Shown in pieces: positions 32,946 to 51,307 of a stretch of DNA of 64,000 nucleotides. The DNA is taken from NCBI RefSeq assembly GCF_009914755.1, contig NC_060936.1; one strand, 5' to 3'. The position numbers were made by a program, and so were the translations under genes. Source of the DNA: the human T2T-CHM13v2.0 reference genome, Homo sapiens. Below the pieces are notes generated by a model, which worked only from the letters and a program-made list of their open reading frames with translations, was not told the origin of the DNA and searched no databases. Numbering within the stretch: the first letter of the stretch is position 1; each line of letters starts with the position of its first letter.

Positions 32946-33829
32946 AAAAAAAATACATATATAATTTTAAACTTCACCTACAATGTAAGCTAAAGATAGA
33001 CCACTAAATTCCATTATGTTTCCTACTTATAAGCATTTAAGGCATTTTGCAAAAAGTGAAGATAACCAACAGAATCCAGGCTGTTATCTGATAAGATGAC
33101 TGGACACTGTGGTAGGACTTACAGAACCAAGAGAAGCCTGTCAATTGCATCGGCACTCTTACATCAGCTGCCTCAAGCAAGCTGCTAGCACGTGTGGCCT
33201 TATAATTTATCTTTTGTAAACTCTCCAGTAAGTGCATGAAGTTCTAAGGTTCTGTTTTGATCACAGAGTCTCCTATGGCTTAGGTACCACAGGAATGGGA
33301 GCTTCCCAGTGGCTGGGGACTTGTCATTGTTCGCCACGGCATCCCCAGGGGCCAGAAGAGGGTCTAGCAGGTAGGAGATGCTCAGCAAGTATCTGTTGAT
33401 GAATGGAAGCCCATGTATTGGTAGAGGGGTTGAGATTCTGTTAGACAGATTGGGTTCTAATTCCTATTCCTTTGCAGACACATTTCTCTAGAAAGAGGGT
33501 AGTCTGTGTGCCCGTAGTCCAGTCCTAAATGTTCTCAAAAACCACAACTGATAAAACAACAAATACAGCAACAAGGAAATAAAAACACTGAAAACGCTCC
33601 CCCAGCCTACCACCCACCCCCTGACATACACCCTTTTGTGCTGAAAGCACTTAGGTAAGTACTCTGCTGAGATGTCTGAGTTATGCTTTGTGAAGTAAGA
33701 GAAAAATTTTTACTTTGCCCTGAAATGATTTCCAAGTCATAGTATGACTTGGCTTGAGTAAAAACACTATGCTGCCAGGGGCCGGGTGTGGTGGCTCACA
33801 CCTGAGAGCCCAGCACTTTGGGAGGCTTA

Positions 33830-34141
<312 letters not shown>

Positions 34142-34572
34142 TTAAGGACAAGTGATGGCAAAAGTAACCTCCAGGCAGCTACAAGAGGCTACCTATTGGA
34201 GTGACTTCATATTCCCCATCTCATCATCCCAGATTGTTTACTATGTATCTCAATTTAAGTTCTATTATAGATGAAGCCTAAGATGCATTGTCTAAAAATA
34301 AGTAACCAACATATTCGGCTGCTTCGAATGTCAGCAGGACAGTTCTGTTTTTTTGCTATAGCTGGAGTACGTAGGGCCAATCCTAATTCAACTACTATAC
34401 AGATCTAGTTATTTACATGGAGACTAAAAAGAAGGAGGAAAGGGTTCTTTATTGAGTTGACTGTCTATGTGACTGAAACATAGAGGCAGAACATTTGTCA
34501 AAGCTTGACCAGATGTTTATAGGCTGTATCTACCAATAAGGCATTTCTCTCTCTCTCTGTTTTTTGAGATAG

Positions 34573-34704
<132 letters not shown>

Positions 34705-35199
34705 TAATTTTTGTATTTTTTGTAGTGATGGGGTTTCGCCATGTTGCCCAGGGTGGTCTTGAACTCCTGGGCTCAAGTGATCCTCTTGCCTCAGCCTCCC
34801 CAAATGCTGGAATTATAGGCGTGAGCCACTGTGCCTGGCCCAATAAGGCACTTCTCCAGTGCCTCACAGCTAGAGGTGGAGTTCTCTTTTTTTGAAGCTA
34901 TTTATCTGCTCATTAATGAAAGACTAAACTTCAGATAGAAGCAAAATCTCTGAATTATCTAATGACTAAGGCACAAAAGTACACGTAACTCTGGAGTTAC
35001 CAAATGGAGGCTCTAATGGCGAGGGCTCATAAAGTGAGGGGTTTGGTGTAAACTAGGGGGCAGCAAGGACGTGTTTGGTTTTTGCTAAATGACAAACTGC
35101 CCATTTCCAATTGCTAAATTTATTCAACTTTAACCTGTTTAGACCCAAACCTGAGACCAACAGAATCACACAGGGTGGAAAAGCTCCCACTGCACTCAC

Positions 35200-35279
35200 C
35201 GGGGGAGAGAGTCACGTCTAAGCGAACGCTCTTCCACTGTAACAAACTGGAGCCATTATAGTGCACGGCTCGGCCGTTG
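35200..35279 (-). CDS. HECTD4: HECTD4 coding exon (NNGRAVHY...DVTLSP), SPRY-like
   Basis: ttttcatag acceptor, CCG|GTGAGT donor; 80 nt, phase 2->1. Confidence 0.9.
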
Positions 35280-35680
35280 CTATGAAAAATACAAAGAAGG
35301 GAGGTCAAAGACAAGAAAGATAAGCCTCACTGGCCAACACACAAACAGGGAAGTGGTGAAGTGGAGGGGGGGTGGTCAGCATTGTGAGATTATTATAGTA
35401 TCACTTTAGTATTAAAATACCCACACCAATATTTCCCAAACTGTATTCCTAGAATAAAGGGTTATAGAATTTGCAAAATAAACAGATTTTTAAAAAATTA
35501 CAGGTCAACTAGGAAGGAATCTTACTAATGTGCACTGGAAATCTCCAGAAAGGAAAAATAATGCTCTCCTTTCCCCAAACTCACTTGAAGACAGAACTCT
35601 ATTTTGACTTCCTGAACACCTATACACACCTTGTGGGAGGCTACTGCTCTCTGTCACACTGAGCTACTTCTTTTACTTAC

Positions 35681-35829
35681 TTATGGAAAAGACAAGTGCC
35701 CACTGGATTAGTCCAAGCCCCATCTCGCTTCTCTGCTTCTGTAGTGAAGCCAAAGGAAACTATGGGTCCGGTGTCATCATCGGTGTCTCCATAGGAAACG
35801 ATTTCAATTTCCCAGTAAAAAGACGGGGC
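35681..35829 (-). CDS. HECTD4: HECTD4 coding exon (APSFYWEIEIV...GTCLFH), SPRY-like
   Basis: ctcttcag acceptor, TAA|GTAAGT donor; 149 nt, phase 0->2; FYWEIEI matches the SPRY 'YWEV' strand. Confidence 0.92.
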
Positions 35830-35941
35830 CTGAAGAGATGCCAGAAGAGAGCAGCAATCAGAGGGCTAATCCTGGGCCTGAGACCTGCTTTTTCTTTCAA
35901 ATCTGAAGATGCAAAAGACAGTGTGTCATGTGATGTCTCAC

Positions 35942-36103
35942 CTGAACTGGCAGTGGTGAAGTGGCATAGATAAAAGTGCCCCGGGGCAGGCCTCCCCCAG
36001 CGCTGGGGTCAGCCAGGAAGGTGACTGAGGTAAGGTGAGATGAGAACATGCAGGCTCGAACAGGCGGAAACACTCGCGAGGGGCTCCAAGTAATCTCTTT
36101 GGG
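35942..36103 (-). CDS. HECTD4: HECTD4 coding exon (PKEITWSP...TSPLPVQ), entry to SPRY-like domain
   Basis: gatgcag acceptor, CAG|GTGAGA donor; 162 nt, phase 0->0. Confidence 0.9.
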
Positions 36104-36205
36104 CTGCATCAGGGAGAAAAACCCATATTCAGTAGAACTGCAAACACAATCCCTTTACTCTCTCAAAGAAGAAAAAAATTTTATCTGATGGTATTAAAAT
36201 ATAGG

Positions 36206-36265
36206 CATACACACACACACACACATACACACACACACACACATACACACACACACACACACACA
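36206..36265. repeat. (CA)n microsatellite, read as (UG)n in the HECTD4 pre-mRNA
   Basis: Direct reading. Confidence 0.97.
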
Positions 36266-36279
36266 ATTTATTTATTTAG

Positions 36280-36474
<195 letters not shown>

Positions 36475-36959
36475 TGATCTCAAACTCCTGGGCTCAAGCT
36501 ATCTGTCTGTCTTGGCCTTCCAAAGTGCTAGGATTATAGGCGTGAGCCGCCATGCCCAGCCAGGCACATATATTTTTTAAAAAGTGTATCTTTTTTCCAA
36601 ATAAAATTTTTACTATCCCTTTAAGACACTATTTATCTTCCATTATCATCAATTCCAAGGTCTGGTCCCCATCCTCTTATAGCCCCCATGTAGTTACTGA
36701 ACAAATTTTAGTACAATTTATAAATGCATGACTTAATATTCAGCTCAAGGCTAAGCAGGGGAACCATGGTGACACTTCCTTTTTCTTTTTTTAAAGGTTA
36801 GTTGTCTTGCTTTCTCAGTTTTATTTTTAATCATTCTAATCATAAAAATCTCAAGCTTCTCTATCAGATAAAAGCAACTTTTAAAAAATTTATTATTATT
36901 TTTTTATTTTTTGAGACAGTCTCATTCTGTCATCCAGGCTGCAGAATCCCAGCTACTCA

Positions 36960-37783
<824 letters not shown>

Positions 37784-38293
37784 TGATGTGCACCACCATG
37801 CCCAGCTAATTTTAGTATTTTTAGTAGAGATGGGTTTCAACATGTTGGCCAGGCTGGTCTCAAACTTCCGGCCTCATGTGATCTGCCCAGCATGGCCTCT
37901 CAAAATGTTGGGATTACAGGCGTGAGCCACCATGCCCAGCCCACTTTTGTTTTTTAATTACTCACTTATGTTCTCTGTTATGAAACTGACTGTATCTCTA
38001 AACTTAAAAAAAAAAAGCTTTCTTTTTGTTATTGACAGCACAAAGAAGCTATTTATAAATTATGAAGTTTCGCTCCCCTGCTATAATTTTCCAATATTCA
38101 GAATGTCAGCTCAATTTGCTCTGACATTCAAAGATGAGAGCATGGCACCGCAAAGAGGGCATGTCACTGCAAAAGAATGCACCTCCAAACGGCTTTGCAA
38201 ACACTTATTCTAAATGTCCTTAACTTGCTGCTGGCCTTACTCAGTGATGTGTGTGGAGGCTGCAGGAGGCGCGAAGCACCGCAGAGGGCTCAC

Positions 38294-38397
38294 CTGTCTT
38301 CGGTCAGCCTGCAAAGGAGGTGGTGGGGGCCGAGCACAGTCCCGGTAGAGCATCCTCAGCCGTTCACACTGTACCTCCACAACTGCAAGTCGCTCTC
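38294..38397 (-). CDS. HECTD4: HECTD4 coding exon (GERLAVVEVQ...PPPPPLQADRRQ)
   Basis: ctctacag acceptor, CAG|GTGAGC donor; 104 nt, phase 1->0. Confidence 0.9.
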
Positions 38398-38486
38398 CTG
38401 TAGAGGGCACATGTTGAATCTGTGAAAACAACTCCCGCAACTCCCAAGTGGGTGCTGACTCTTTTGGAGCAGCATCAAAACAATAA

Positions 38487-39015
<529 letters not shown>

Positions 39016-39320
39016 TGATGAAATAACTTAAGTAAAGCCCTTGGCTAAGTCCCTAGCACAGGCATTCAATAAATGTGTTGTTATTCTCATCATCTAATAA
39101 ATGAAGACTATTATTCTTATCACCTAAATTAATTTTTAAAAATCTAATATCTATGGAGCACCTGCTATGAGCAAGGCACACTGCGAAGTGTTGGAGAACA
39201 CAAAGATATATGAGCCAAAGCCCCTACTATGGAGGGAAAATAAGATGCGCACACACGCAGACCACACACAGGCACACACACACAGTAAAGAGCACAGTGC
39301 TGGGCTGCAGTATGTGATTA

Positions 39321-41858
<2,538 letters not shown>

Positions 41859-42223
41859 TCATGAGGCTGGGGAGGGGGATATTTTTAAAGAAGTAGCTGC
41901 TAAGCCTGGATCTCAGCTGAGGGATTGCTCAGTGTAGAAGCCAGGAAAGCTCAGGAGAAGGGTAGGTAAAAGTAAGGAGGGTCAGGGTGAATCTTGGAGC
42001 CCTGTTTCTTCCAGTGAGGTCTGATGGTTCCGGTAGCCTGCTGTCTGGGACCACCCTCTACTTACAATTCTGACTTTGTAATCATGCTTCCCAGGAGTTC
42101 TGAGGAACTTCCAAAGTTGGAGAATATCTGGCTCAGGGAGTAAGTACATTAGGAAGCTGGGAGAAGAGAAAACAGCTGAAACTGGGAGATTCTAGCTTCT
42201 GCAAGGGGGTAAAATAATGTTGA

Positions 42224-42505
<282 letters not shown>

Positions 42506-44399
42506 TGAGTAGAGACAGGGCTTCACCATATTGGCCAGGCTGTTCTCAAACTGCTAACCTCAAGTGATCTGCCCACCTTGGCCTCCCAAAGTGCTGGGAT
42601 TACAGGCGTGAGCCACCACGTCCGGCCTTCAGGAATATTTTTTCAAGGAAAAAAGTTTTGTAGTGCTATCTCCCTAGATCAAATGGAATCTGGTACTGTC
42701 TTCTTTAGATAGAGACGCTATAAAATTTGGCTATCAGTGAGTAAATATTAGAATGGCCAAGTTTGCCACTTAATTCATCCCAGAAGAGGAAAAATAATAG
42801 AAGTTGATTAAATATTTTAAAATTTAAAAATTTTTAAAAATTTGAGTATCAATACATTATTGCTTATAAATTTCATGACATTTTCATATATAAAGTAAAA
42901 AATTTTAATACCTTAAAAAATGAAAATCAAATAACTCTGTCTTTTCTACCTACTCCTCACCTTGAATCTTATTTATTAAACAGCTTTTCTCCTGAGTATA
43001 GTCTATGCCTCCCTTGTAGGCCTAAGAATCTACCACTGTTCTGCAAAGTAACCCGGAATGTAGGTTTTTCCCTTTGGTTTTTATCACTAACTGACATAGG
43101 AGTCAGTAAACTTTGCCATTTACTTCAAATGTCAGAACCATTTCTGGTAACCTAATAAGTGAGTTATTAAGGATTCTTTTTTTTTTTTTTTGAGATGGAG
43201 TCTCGCTCTGTTGCCCAGGCTGGAGTGCAGTGGCATGATCTCGGCTCACTGCAAGCTCCACCTCCCGGGGTTCACGCCATTCTCCTGCCTCAGCCTCCCG
43301 AGTAGCTGGGACTACAGGTGCCCGCCACCACGCCTGGCTAATTTTTTGTATTTTTAGTGGAGACGGGGTTTCACCGTGTTAGCCAGGATGGTCTCCATCT
43401 CCTGACCTCATGATCTGCCTGCCTCGGCCTCCCAAAGTGCTAGGATTACAGGCATGAGCCACCGCGCCCGGCCCAAGGATTCTTCAACTTTACATAGGAT
43501 ACTATTTAGAATACAAATCAATACGCATAAGCTCATAGTCTTCTCTTTTGTAGTAATTAACAAGCACTTCCCATACATTTCTTTGCAACTCTTTGTTACC
43601 ACAAAGTGGTTTTCCACTAGGAAAAATAGGTTAGGTGGACTATGATCAAAATCATGTGAGACCACTGCTCTAAATTATTACAAATCCTACCTTATGCATT
43701 AAGTATCAATGTAAATTTCACAATTAAGACCTCTTTATTCTATAAAATATATAAGAGGATACCCAGAAACAGTCCCATAGAAAAGCAAGTGATTAATTCA
43801 GCATGTTATATGCTGCTATAATCAGTCAAAATATGTCTTCGAATGCAATCTAAGCCAACAATATAAAAAAAGTCAGAGGCAGTGAACTAAGGACCTACTA
43901 AGAGTACAAAACGAAGTCACAAGTAATTTCACCCTTGACGCCTAGCACACCCCTTGCTTCTGTTCTTGTTCTCTATTCTTAGCATCTCTCTGAGGTTTAT
44001 TAATGGTTCCTGGATCTCCCAGCTGGAGCTTCTGCTGAATCCAAGGCACTACCCTTATCAAAAGAAAGAGATGTGAGAAGTAAAACGGATACAGACAAAT
44101 TTAAAAATAAAAAGAAAACAACAGAAATGACCACAATGTGAAAGAGTAACAAAAACTACAAACAGAAAAGGTATTAGAGAGTTACTGACAAAATAAACGG
44201 CATGAGAAAAAGTAATACAGACTTTTTAAAAGACCAAAAAAAAAAAAAAAAAAGAGGATGAACCTACAAGCACTAAGGGATTTAAAGCCGTCCATTTCTA
44301 ACATGTAGTTTGTGAAAATGTTAGCATTGGAGGAATGTTAATTGAATTGTGAACAATTTCACTTAGGGTCCAGTTATATCCTTGGGGACAAAAGATAAA

Positions 44400-45100
44400 T
44401 TTTCATTTAACCAGGCCAACTACCAATTTACAGGAAACAAAACGGCAAATGAACATGGTAAATGACACCACAGGGATACAGTCATCAAAATCCAGACTGG
44501 GAAACCTTCCACAAACAAATTGTAAGGCAAAAAAAAAAAAAAAAAGACTAAGAGGAATCTATATTTTAAAATAGATTAAAAAGACACAGCAACAAAGTAA
44601 CAATTTGTAAACTTTATTTGGATCCTCATTCAAATAAATAAATATAAAAACAAGGATGATCTTTATGGGAAAATTAGGAAGTTAAACACTGACTAGATAT
44701 GTATATACACATATTTTTAGAGACAGGGTCTCACTATGTTGCCCAGGCTGCATTCAAACGCCTGGGCTCAAGCGATCCTCCTGCCTCAGCTTCCCAAGTA
44801 GCTGGGATTACAGGCACATGCTGCCATGCCCAGCTTAGATACTTAATAATATTTAAAAATTACTGTTAATAATTTAGATAGGTGATAATGGTGTTGTAGT
44901 TATTTAAGATTCTTTATTTTTCAGAGACGTAAACTAAAATACTTATGAATAAAATAATATCTAGGATTAAAAATAATTCCAGGGGTTGCAGCACAGATAA
45001 AACAGGATCAGTTATGAGTAGACAACTGTTGAAACTGGATAATGGAATCCTGAAGGTTCATTATACTAGTCTCTCAATTTTGGTATTTGGACTTTTCCAT
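44400..45100 (+). mobile_element. Old L1 (L1MC-like) fragment with an inserted Alu monomer
   Basis: 'ctaccaatttacaggaa...caaaatccagactgggaaa...gttcattatactagtctctc'. Confidence 0.6.
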
Positions 45101-45152
45101 ACACACACACACACACTCACACACACACTCACACACACACTCACACACACAC
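45100..45152. repeat. (CA)n/(CACT) microsatellite
   Basis: Direct reading. Confidence 0.95.
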
Positions 45153-45550
45153 ATGCAAGGATGGATGTTAGTGCAAACTCTTGACTGGGAATTCAAATGT
45201 AGCCAATGACAACAGTCAAAATGTACATGCCAGCCCTAAGGACAGCTCCTAAATATTATAGTTCTAATAGGTAAATAAAGGCAACAAATCAATAGGAATG
45301 AAGAAAAGAAAACACTCTGACATGGTCCTAAAGTTAATTGAAAAATGCTGATTTCCTAACTGGTGTAGATTAAAAGCTTTTTATTTACATTTCTAGGTCT
45401 GTGATGCACGTGAGTTGTGACAGGTGTTGTCCTTACAGCTCGGCTGTTTTGATGTGTGTGTATGAAGACACTTAACATACCATTATCAAATTGCAAATGT
45501 GCTGAGAAAATTCAATAAAACAGGGTGGTAAGGCAAGTTCAGGTACTCAC

Positions 45551-45666
45551 CAGCACTACATTCCTGGGCTACTAGGTTAAGAACTTCAACAGCTGCTGGA
45601 CATTGTTGTATGAATTCTTCACAAAATAAGCTGTCTTCTAAAAGCTGGGCCATGACCAGGCATGCT
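45551..45666 (-). CDS. HECTD4: HECTD4 coding exon (ACLVMAQLLE...AQECSA)
   Basis: cattaag acceptor, CTG|GTGAGT donor; 116 nt, phase 2->1. Confidence 0.88.
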
Positions 45667-46565
45667 CTTAATGTTAAAAGATTTACAATATTTCAAAGTC
45701 ATCAGTGTTCATTGTCTAAAAAAGTCAACTGTGAAAAACATTTCAATCAATTTTGCCCCCCAGTTTACAACAAGGTTCAAACACCCCACTCATCTTGCTT
45801 TTTTTTTCTGAGCTGGACTGTCTTGGAAATATATAAATAACTTCTCTTTTGCCACACAGTAACTGCTGACACTGCATGAAGAATTGGAAAAGAGAAAAAT
45901 GGTTGCCATCACCACTAAATGGAGATACAAAGTGCCAGGTGAGAAATCAGCACTGTCTCTTAAAAGCTTTTCCTAACTTTGCCCTAGGGAAGCAAGAGGG
46001 ATTCAAAAAGTGGGAAAATCTGTATGGCGATCGCTCTCACCTGATTCAAAATACACACTAGACGTTTCTAAGAAGTGTCATTGTTGGCCGGGCATGGTGG
46101 CTCACGCCTGTAATCCCAGCAATTTGGGAGACCAACGCAGGTGGATCACCAGAGGTCAGGAGTTTCAGACCAGCCTGGCCAACATGGCGAGACCCCATCT
46201 CTACTAAAAATATAAAAATTAGCCAGGAGTGGTGGTATGCGCCTGTAATCCCAGCTACTCAGGAGGCTGAGGCAGGAGAATCGCTTGAACTAGGGAGGCA
46301 GAGGTTGCAGTGAGCTGAGATCATGCCACTGCACTCCAGCCTGGGTGACACAGCAAGACTCTGTGTCCAAAAAAAAAGAAGTTTCATTGTCAAAAAGAGA
46401 CACCTGTTACTGCTGTTTAACGCTAAATAAATGTATTTGCAGGAAAAGACCAACACCAACCCCTGTGTGCATGTCCTAGTTTTCCCATCATCAGTTTGGA
46501 AAGTGATAGGCCAGATATGTATCAATGTGGCCTGAACCATTTTATTTATTTAATTATTTATTTGA

Positions 46566-46667
<102 letters not shown>

Positions 46668-46996
46668 TAGTAGAGTTATTCCTGTGATGGAACAGAGTTC
46701 TTTTAACAAAGCAAATCAGTGGAGCCTTATGTATGTGTTTCATACATCACATTTCATTTGTATGCTAAACTTTATTTTGAAGTGTAGACATTGGGGAACG
46801 CAACAAAAATTGAAGAAATTAAGGAATGCAACGAACTATGGTAAAAACTGTAAAAGAATGGTTACTGTTGCTCAGTTTAGTGTGAGCTTCAAGCTGTGGA
46901 TTCACTAAGTTGGGAGTGGAGGGGCCCACCAAGGATCCCTTCTTCTGTCAGCTTGCACCATGTCAGCACATAAGGCAATGTGGGGAGGGTACTCAC

Positions 46997-47166
46997 CTTG
47001 TCCTTATTTCAGCAAGGAGCCGAACGACTGCCATCACAGGAGCTGACCCATCTCCTGTTGCAGGAAGTGAGGTGTGAATAGAGAGACTTCCCTCCTGAGG
47101 AAGCAACATGGACTGGACTGCCTGTACTACCTTCTCAGTAATGGACAGTTTATGAAGAGGCAATGC
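46997..47166 (-). CDS. HECTD4: HECTD4 coding exon (ALPLHKLS...LAEIRTR)
   Basis: ccatcag acceptor, AAG|GTGAGT donor; 170 nt, phase 0->2. Confidence 0.9.
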
Positions 47167-47554
47167 CTGATGGCGGTGGGGGGGCATGGCAAAAAGTTAA
47201 ATTCAAGTAGTTAGTTTATAAGAAATGAGGGTGTTATTATTATCTGGAGTTAATTCTTAAATTTTCAGTTAAAAAAATAAAATCACCATACAGAAAACTA
47301 CAAACCACATCAAAACAATTAAAAATACATTGTAGAAGAGCCCTAACCAACAAAGAAATGAATTTGGTCATCTAGATGAAAATTTTCACATAAGCATTAC
47401 TATTAAATAACTATAACCAATACATAAATATACATCACAAGTACAATTTAAGATAATCAAGCATTTGTGCTTCTGCACTGAGCATGTGCATAGACTCATT
47501 ACAGTACAGTTACCATTGGCAGACATTTTACAAAGCATTTAAAAATCACCTTAC

Positions 47555-47719
47555 CTCTGATCTTGGAACACAAAGTCTAGACAATGGAATAGTCAATGTG
47601 TCTGACGCTTGCGAAGTCTTTCTACAGTCTATGGGTGGGAATCTGACTGTAGCTATACCTTCCTGTTCATTGATAGAAGCCACTACTCCAATGCTTCCTG
47701 AAATTCCTCTACCTAAAAC
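47555..47719 (-). CDS. HECTD4: HECTD4 coding exon (VLGRGISGSIG...CVPRSE)
   Basis: tctccag acceptor, GAG|GTAAGG donor; 165 nt, phase 0->0. Confidence 0.92.
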
Positions 47720-47891
47720 CTGGAGACAGACATAGATTAGCACTACCAACCAGCTCTGACGTGTGGGCAGCTGTCTTACGAGACAAGAGGAAAAAGTAAA
47801 TTTATAGTTGTCATTGTTGGCGTTACAGTAATAGTTTATACTACTAGGGTAGCAGATACCAAGCCCTAGACATGACTTATAATAGGCCCTA

Positions 47892-48284
<393 letters not shown>

Positions 48285-48605
48285 TTAATGGTAAATAAAT
48301 ATTTGCAGGAAAACACTGTTTTCCTTCCATTCTAATTCCATCATCAATTCTAAGACTGATACTGATCACACTACAGGACACAAGTATTGTAGTTAACCTA
48401 AGACAGTATTGCATTAATATCTGAATAATGTGTGGCACAGTGTGGATTTGAATTCAAGAATTTCTCAGATTCCTTATTTAGCTTGAAGAAACAGGTTTTT
48501 TTGTACAGCTGGTTGGATAATACTTGTCTTACAGATGATCAATTAATTAATGGATGCTTATATATATGGGGGAAGCAATGATTTGGGGAACATGGTGGTT
48601 GGTAC

Positions 48606-48788
48606 CTGAACCTCGGATCCTATCTTGATTGTCTCTTTGAAGCCTCCAAGTGCACACAGTGCGGCAACGGCCTGGCGTGCAATTCTCTGAAGTTTGGCAA
48701 GTTTCCTGCCACTGCTGCTGCCATTTTCCAGAATGCTTTCTGCGTATTTCCCCAATTGTGGAATGTACATCAGTGCTCTAGACAGAAC
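48606..48788 (-). CDS. HECTD4: HECTD4 coding exon (VLSRALMYIP...IKIGSEVQ)
   Basis: atttag acceptor, CAG|GTACCA donor; 183 nt, phase 0->0. Confidence 0.9.
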
Positions 48789-49594
48789 CTAAATATAGAA
48801 GCAGCCCGTGCACTAGGAGTTAAAGCTTTGGTTGTTTTGATGCCAAGGGTGATAAAGTGTCTACAACAGTGCCTGGGTCCCATGTATTGAAGGAACTCTG
48901 GACATGTGAGGGACCAAAAAACTATCAGGTATGGCCAATGACATCTGCCCATATTTGTCTATGTAACTGGACAAAATTGGAAATACACAACTGGGAGAAT
49001 CAAACATCATGTCACTAAAACCTCTAAAATGAAACAATCATTTATCTGAAGGAAAACCATCCCAGCATACTGTCCACTTGGCAACACTCAGTTACCTTCA
49101 GGACATGTCATAAGGGGTTCATTTGAAGAGTGGCTGTGGAAAGGGGGAATTGCTTACAGATCCGTAGTTTCAGGCAACTGGACTACTGTTTGTAATGATG
49201 AATCACTTACTGACAGGGCACTCAGGCAGTGTAAATCACGCAGAGGCCTCCTTGGACTTAGTGAGTACACTTAAATCCAATAAACCAACACTGCATGATC
49301 TCCTAATGTCAGTACCAATCTAACATAAGCAAGAAGAAGAGAAACAAGGCCTGTCACTCTTTCCCTGAGAATACTGTCCTATCGTCTGCAAAATGAGAAC
49401 CGGGAGTGACAGGTGATATAGGTTAACAGAGTTGAAAGTACTACAGTAAAGCAACTTCCAGGGGAAAGTCAGTTAACAGGTATCTGATGAATTTGGAAAA
49501 TTTCTCTTTACTGAAATGCCCCTTGCTGGGTATGATTCTAATTCTAATTAGCTTACTTCTTATTTTCTCAGTTGAGTAGCAACACTGCGCTAAC

Positions 49595-49730
49595 CTTCTC
49601 TGCTGTTGTGGTCCATATTTGAGCAGCATTTGATTCAGGTGCCATGAGCAAGCTATGTAGCAAGGCGATCACTTCTGCAGCCATGCTGTTTGCCACATGC
49701 CCACTGATGAAGGGACGCACAGGATCAGTC
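49595..49730 (-). CDS. HECTD4: HECTD4 coding exon (TDPVRPFISG...WTTTAEK)
   Basis: cttgcag acceptor, AAG|GTTAGC donor; 136 nt, phase 2->0. Confidence 0.9.
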
Positions 49731-50420
49731 CTGCAAGTGTCAACAGGAAAAAGTGTCAGTGCCCAGTGATGGTTAAGACTGCAGGGAAGTGGCTTTCAGG
49801 GTTAGCATCAGAGGAAAACCTTTTCTTTTTATACAAGAAAAAGTGGATTCCATTGACCGAGAAAACAAGAAGCTACATTATCATTAGGAAGAAATCACTG
49901 TGTCATATTCTTTGTGGTATCTGAAGAACTGCCTCAAACAATGGACCTCAAACTTTATTTATAAGCCATGAGGATCAGGGAAAGACACTGCATTGCAACT
50001 ATTCCTGGCTTTCAAGCACAAAACACCTCGAACCAACTTCACAGAGGCAACACTTAACTGCTGCTTCTGCTCCTAGAAAGAAGTTTGTGTTCAGTTGGGG
50101 CAGTGGAGATGTACCATTTGCAAGAAATAAAGGTAGCAAGACCAGAGTTTATTAATACTACTCAAAAGAATCCTCTGGCTATAAATGTCCCCTCAGCCAG
50201 GAGCATCCCTCTATTCTTTCATGACAACCTCAGATCTACCTGGATGGTCATTACTCCCCGACGTACTCCAGGCTGTACCTTGAGTGCAACTACTACAGCA
50301 GATGGCGGCCTCATTTCCAAGAGGTCAAGGGGATGGTAGAAAATTAAAAAGCTAAAAACAAACCCATTATAAAGTAAACCTGAGATGAGTGTGGACAGCT
50401 CCTACCTGTGGAAGGTTTAC

Positions 50421-50623
50421 CTTGCAAGCTCCGAGTTCCTCTCTCGGCAAATGGAAGTTTGGGCAGTTTTCTTTTTGTCGCCTGTGGATAGTCCACTCAC
50501 AGTCTCTGGGTTGATAGACTCTACAGGTGGCCCAATGCTGACGATGAGGCCTGACTGTGCCCACTTGGTGGCTTTCCGCAGGGCGGCTGCAGCCTCTTCT
50601 GTAATCACTTCGCAACAGCCACC
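50421..50623 (-). CDS. HECTD4: HECTD4 coding exon (GGCCEVITEE...NSELAR)
   Basis: accccag acceptor, AAG|GTAAAC donor; 203 nt, phase 0->2. Confidence 0.9.
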
Positions 50624-50825
50624 CTGGGGTGAGGTTGAAGACGCTGAGAAGATTCATTTCAGTCTTCCCAGCACTATATTTTTCAAGTCTATTTCCCCTC
50701 AATTACCAAAGCAATCCACACTCATTTTTTTTTAATTCAAACATAAAATATTATATGTAGAGTAAAATTTCCATAGACATCCCAGGCCTCATCCAGGCTG
50801 AGATAATGGTTAGTCATCTAGATAA

Positions 50826-51264
<439 letters not shown>

Positions 51265-51307
51265 TGACCTCAGGTGATCCACCTGCCTTGGTGTCTCAAA
51301 GTGCTGG

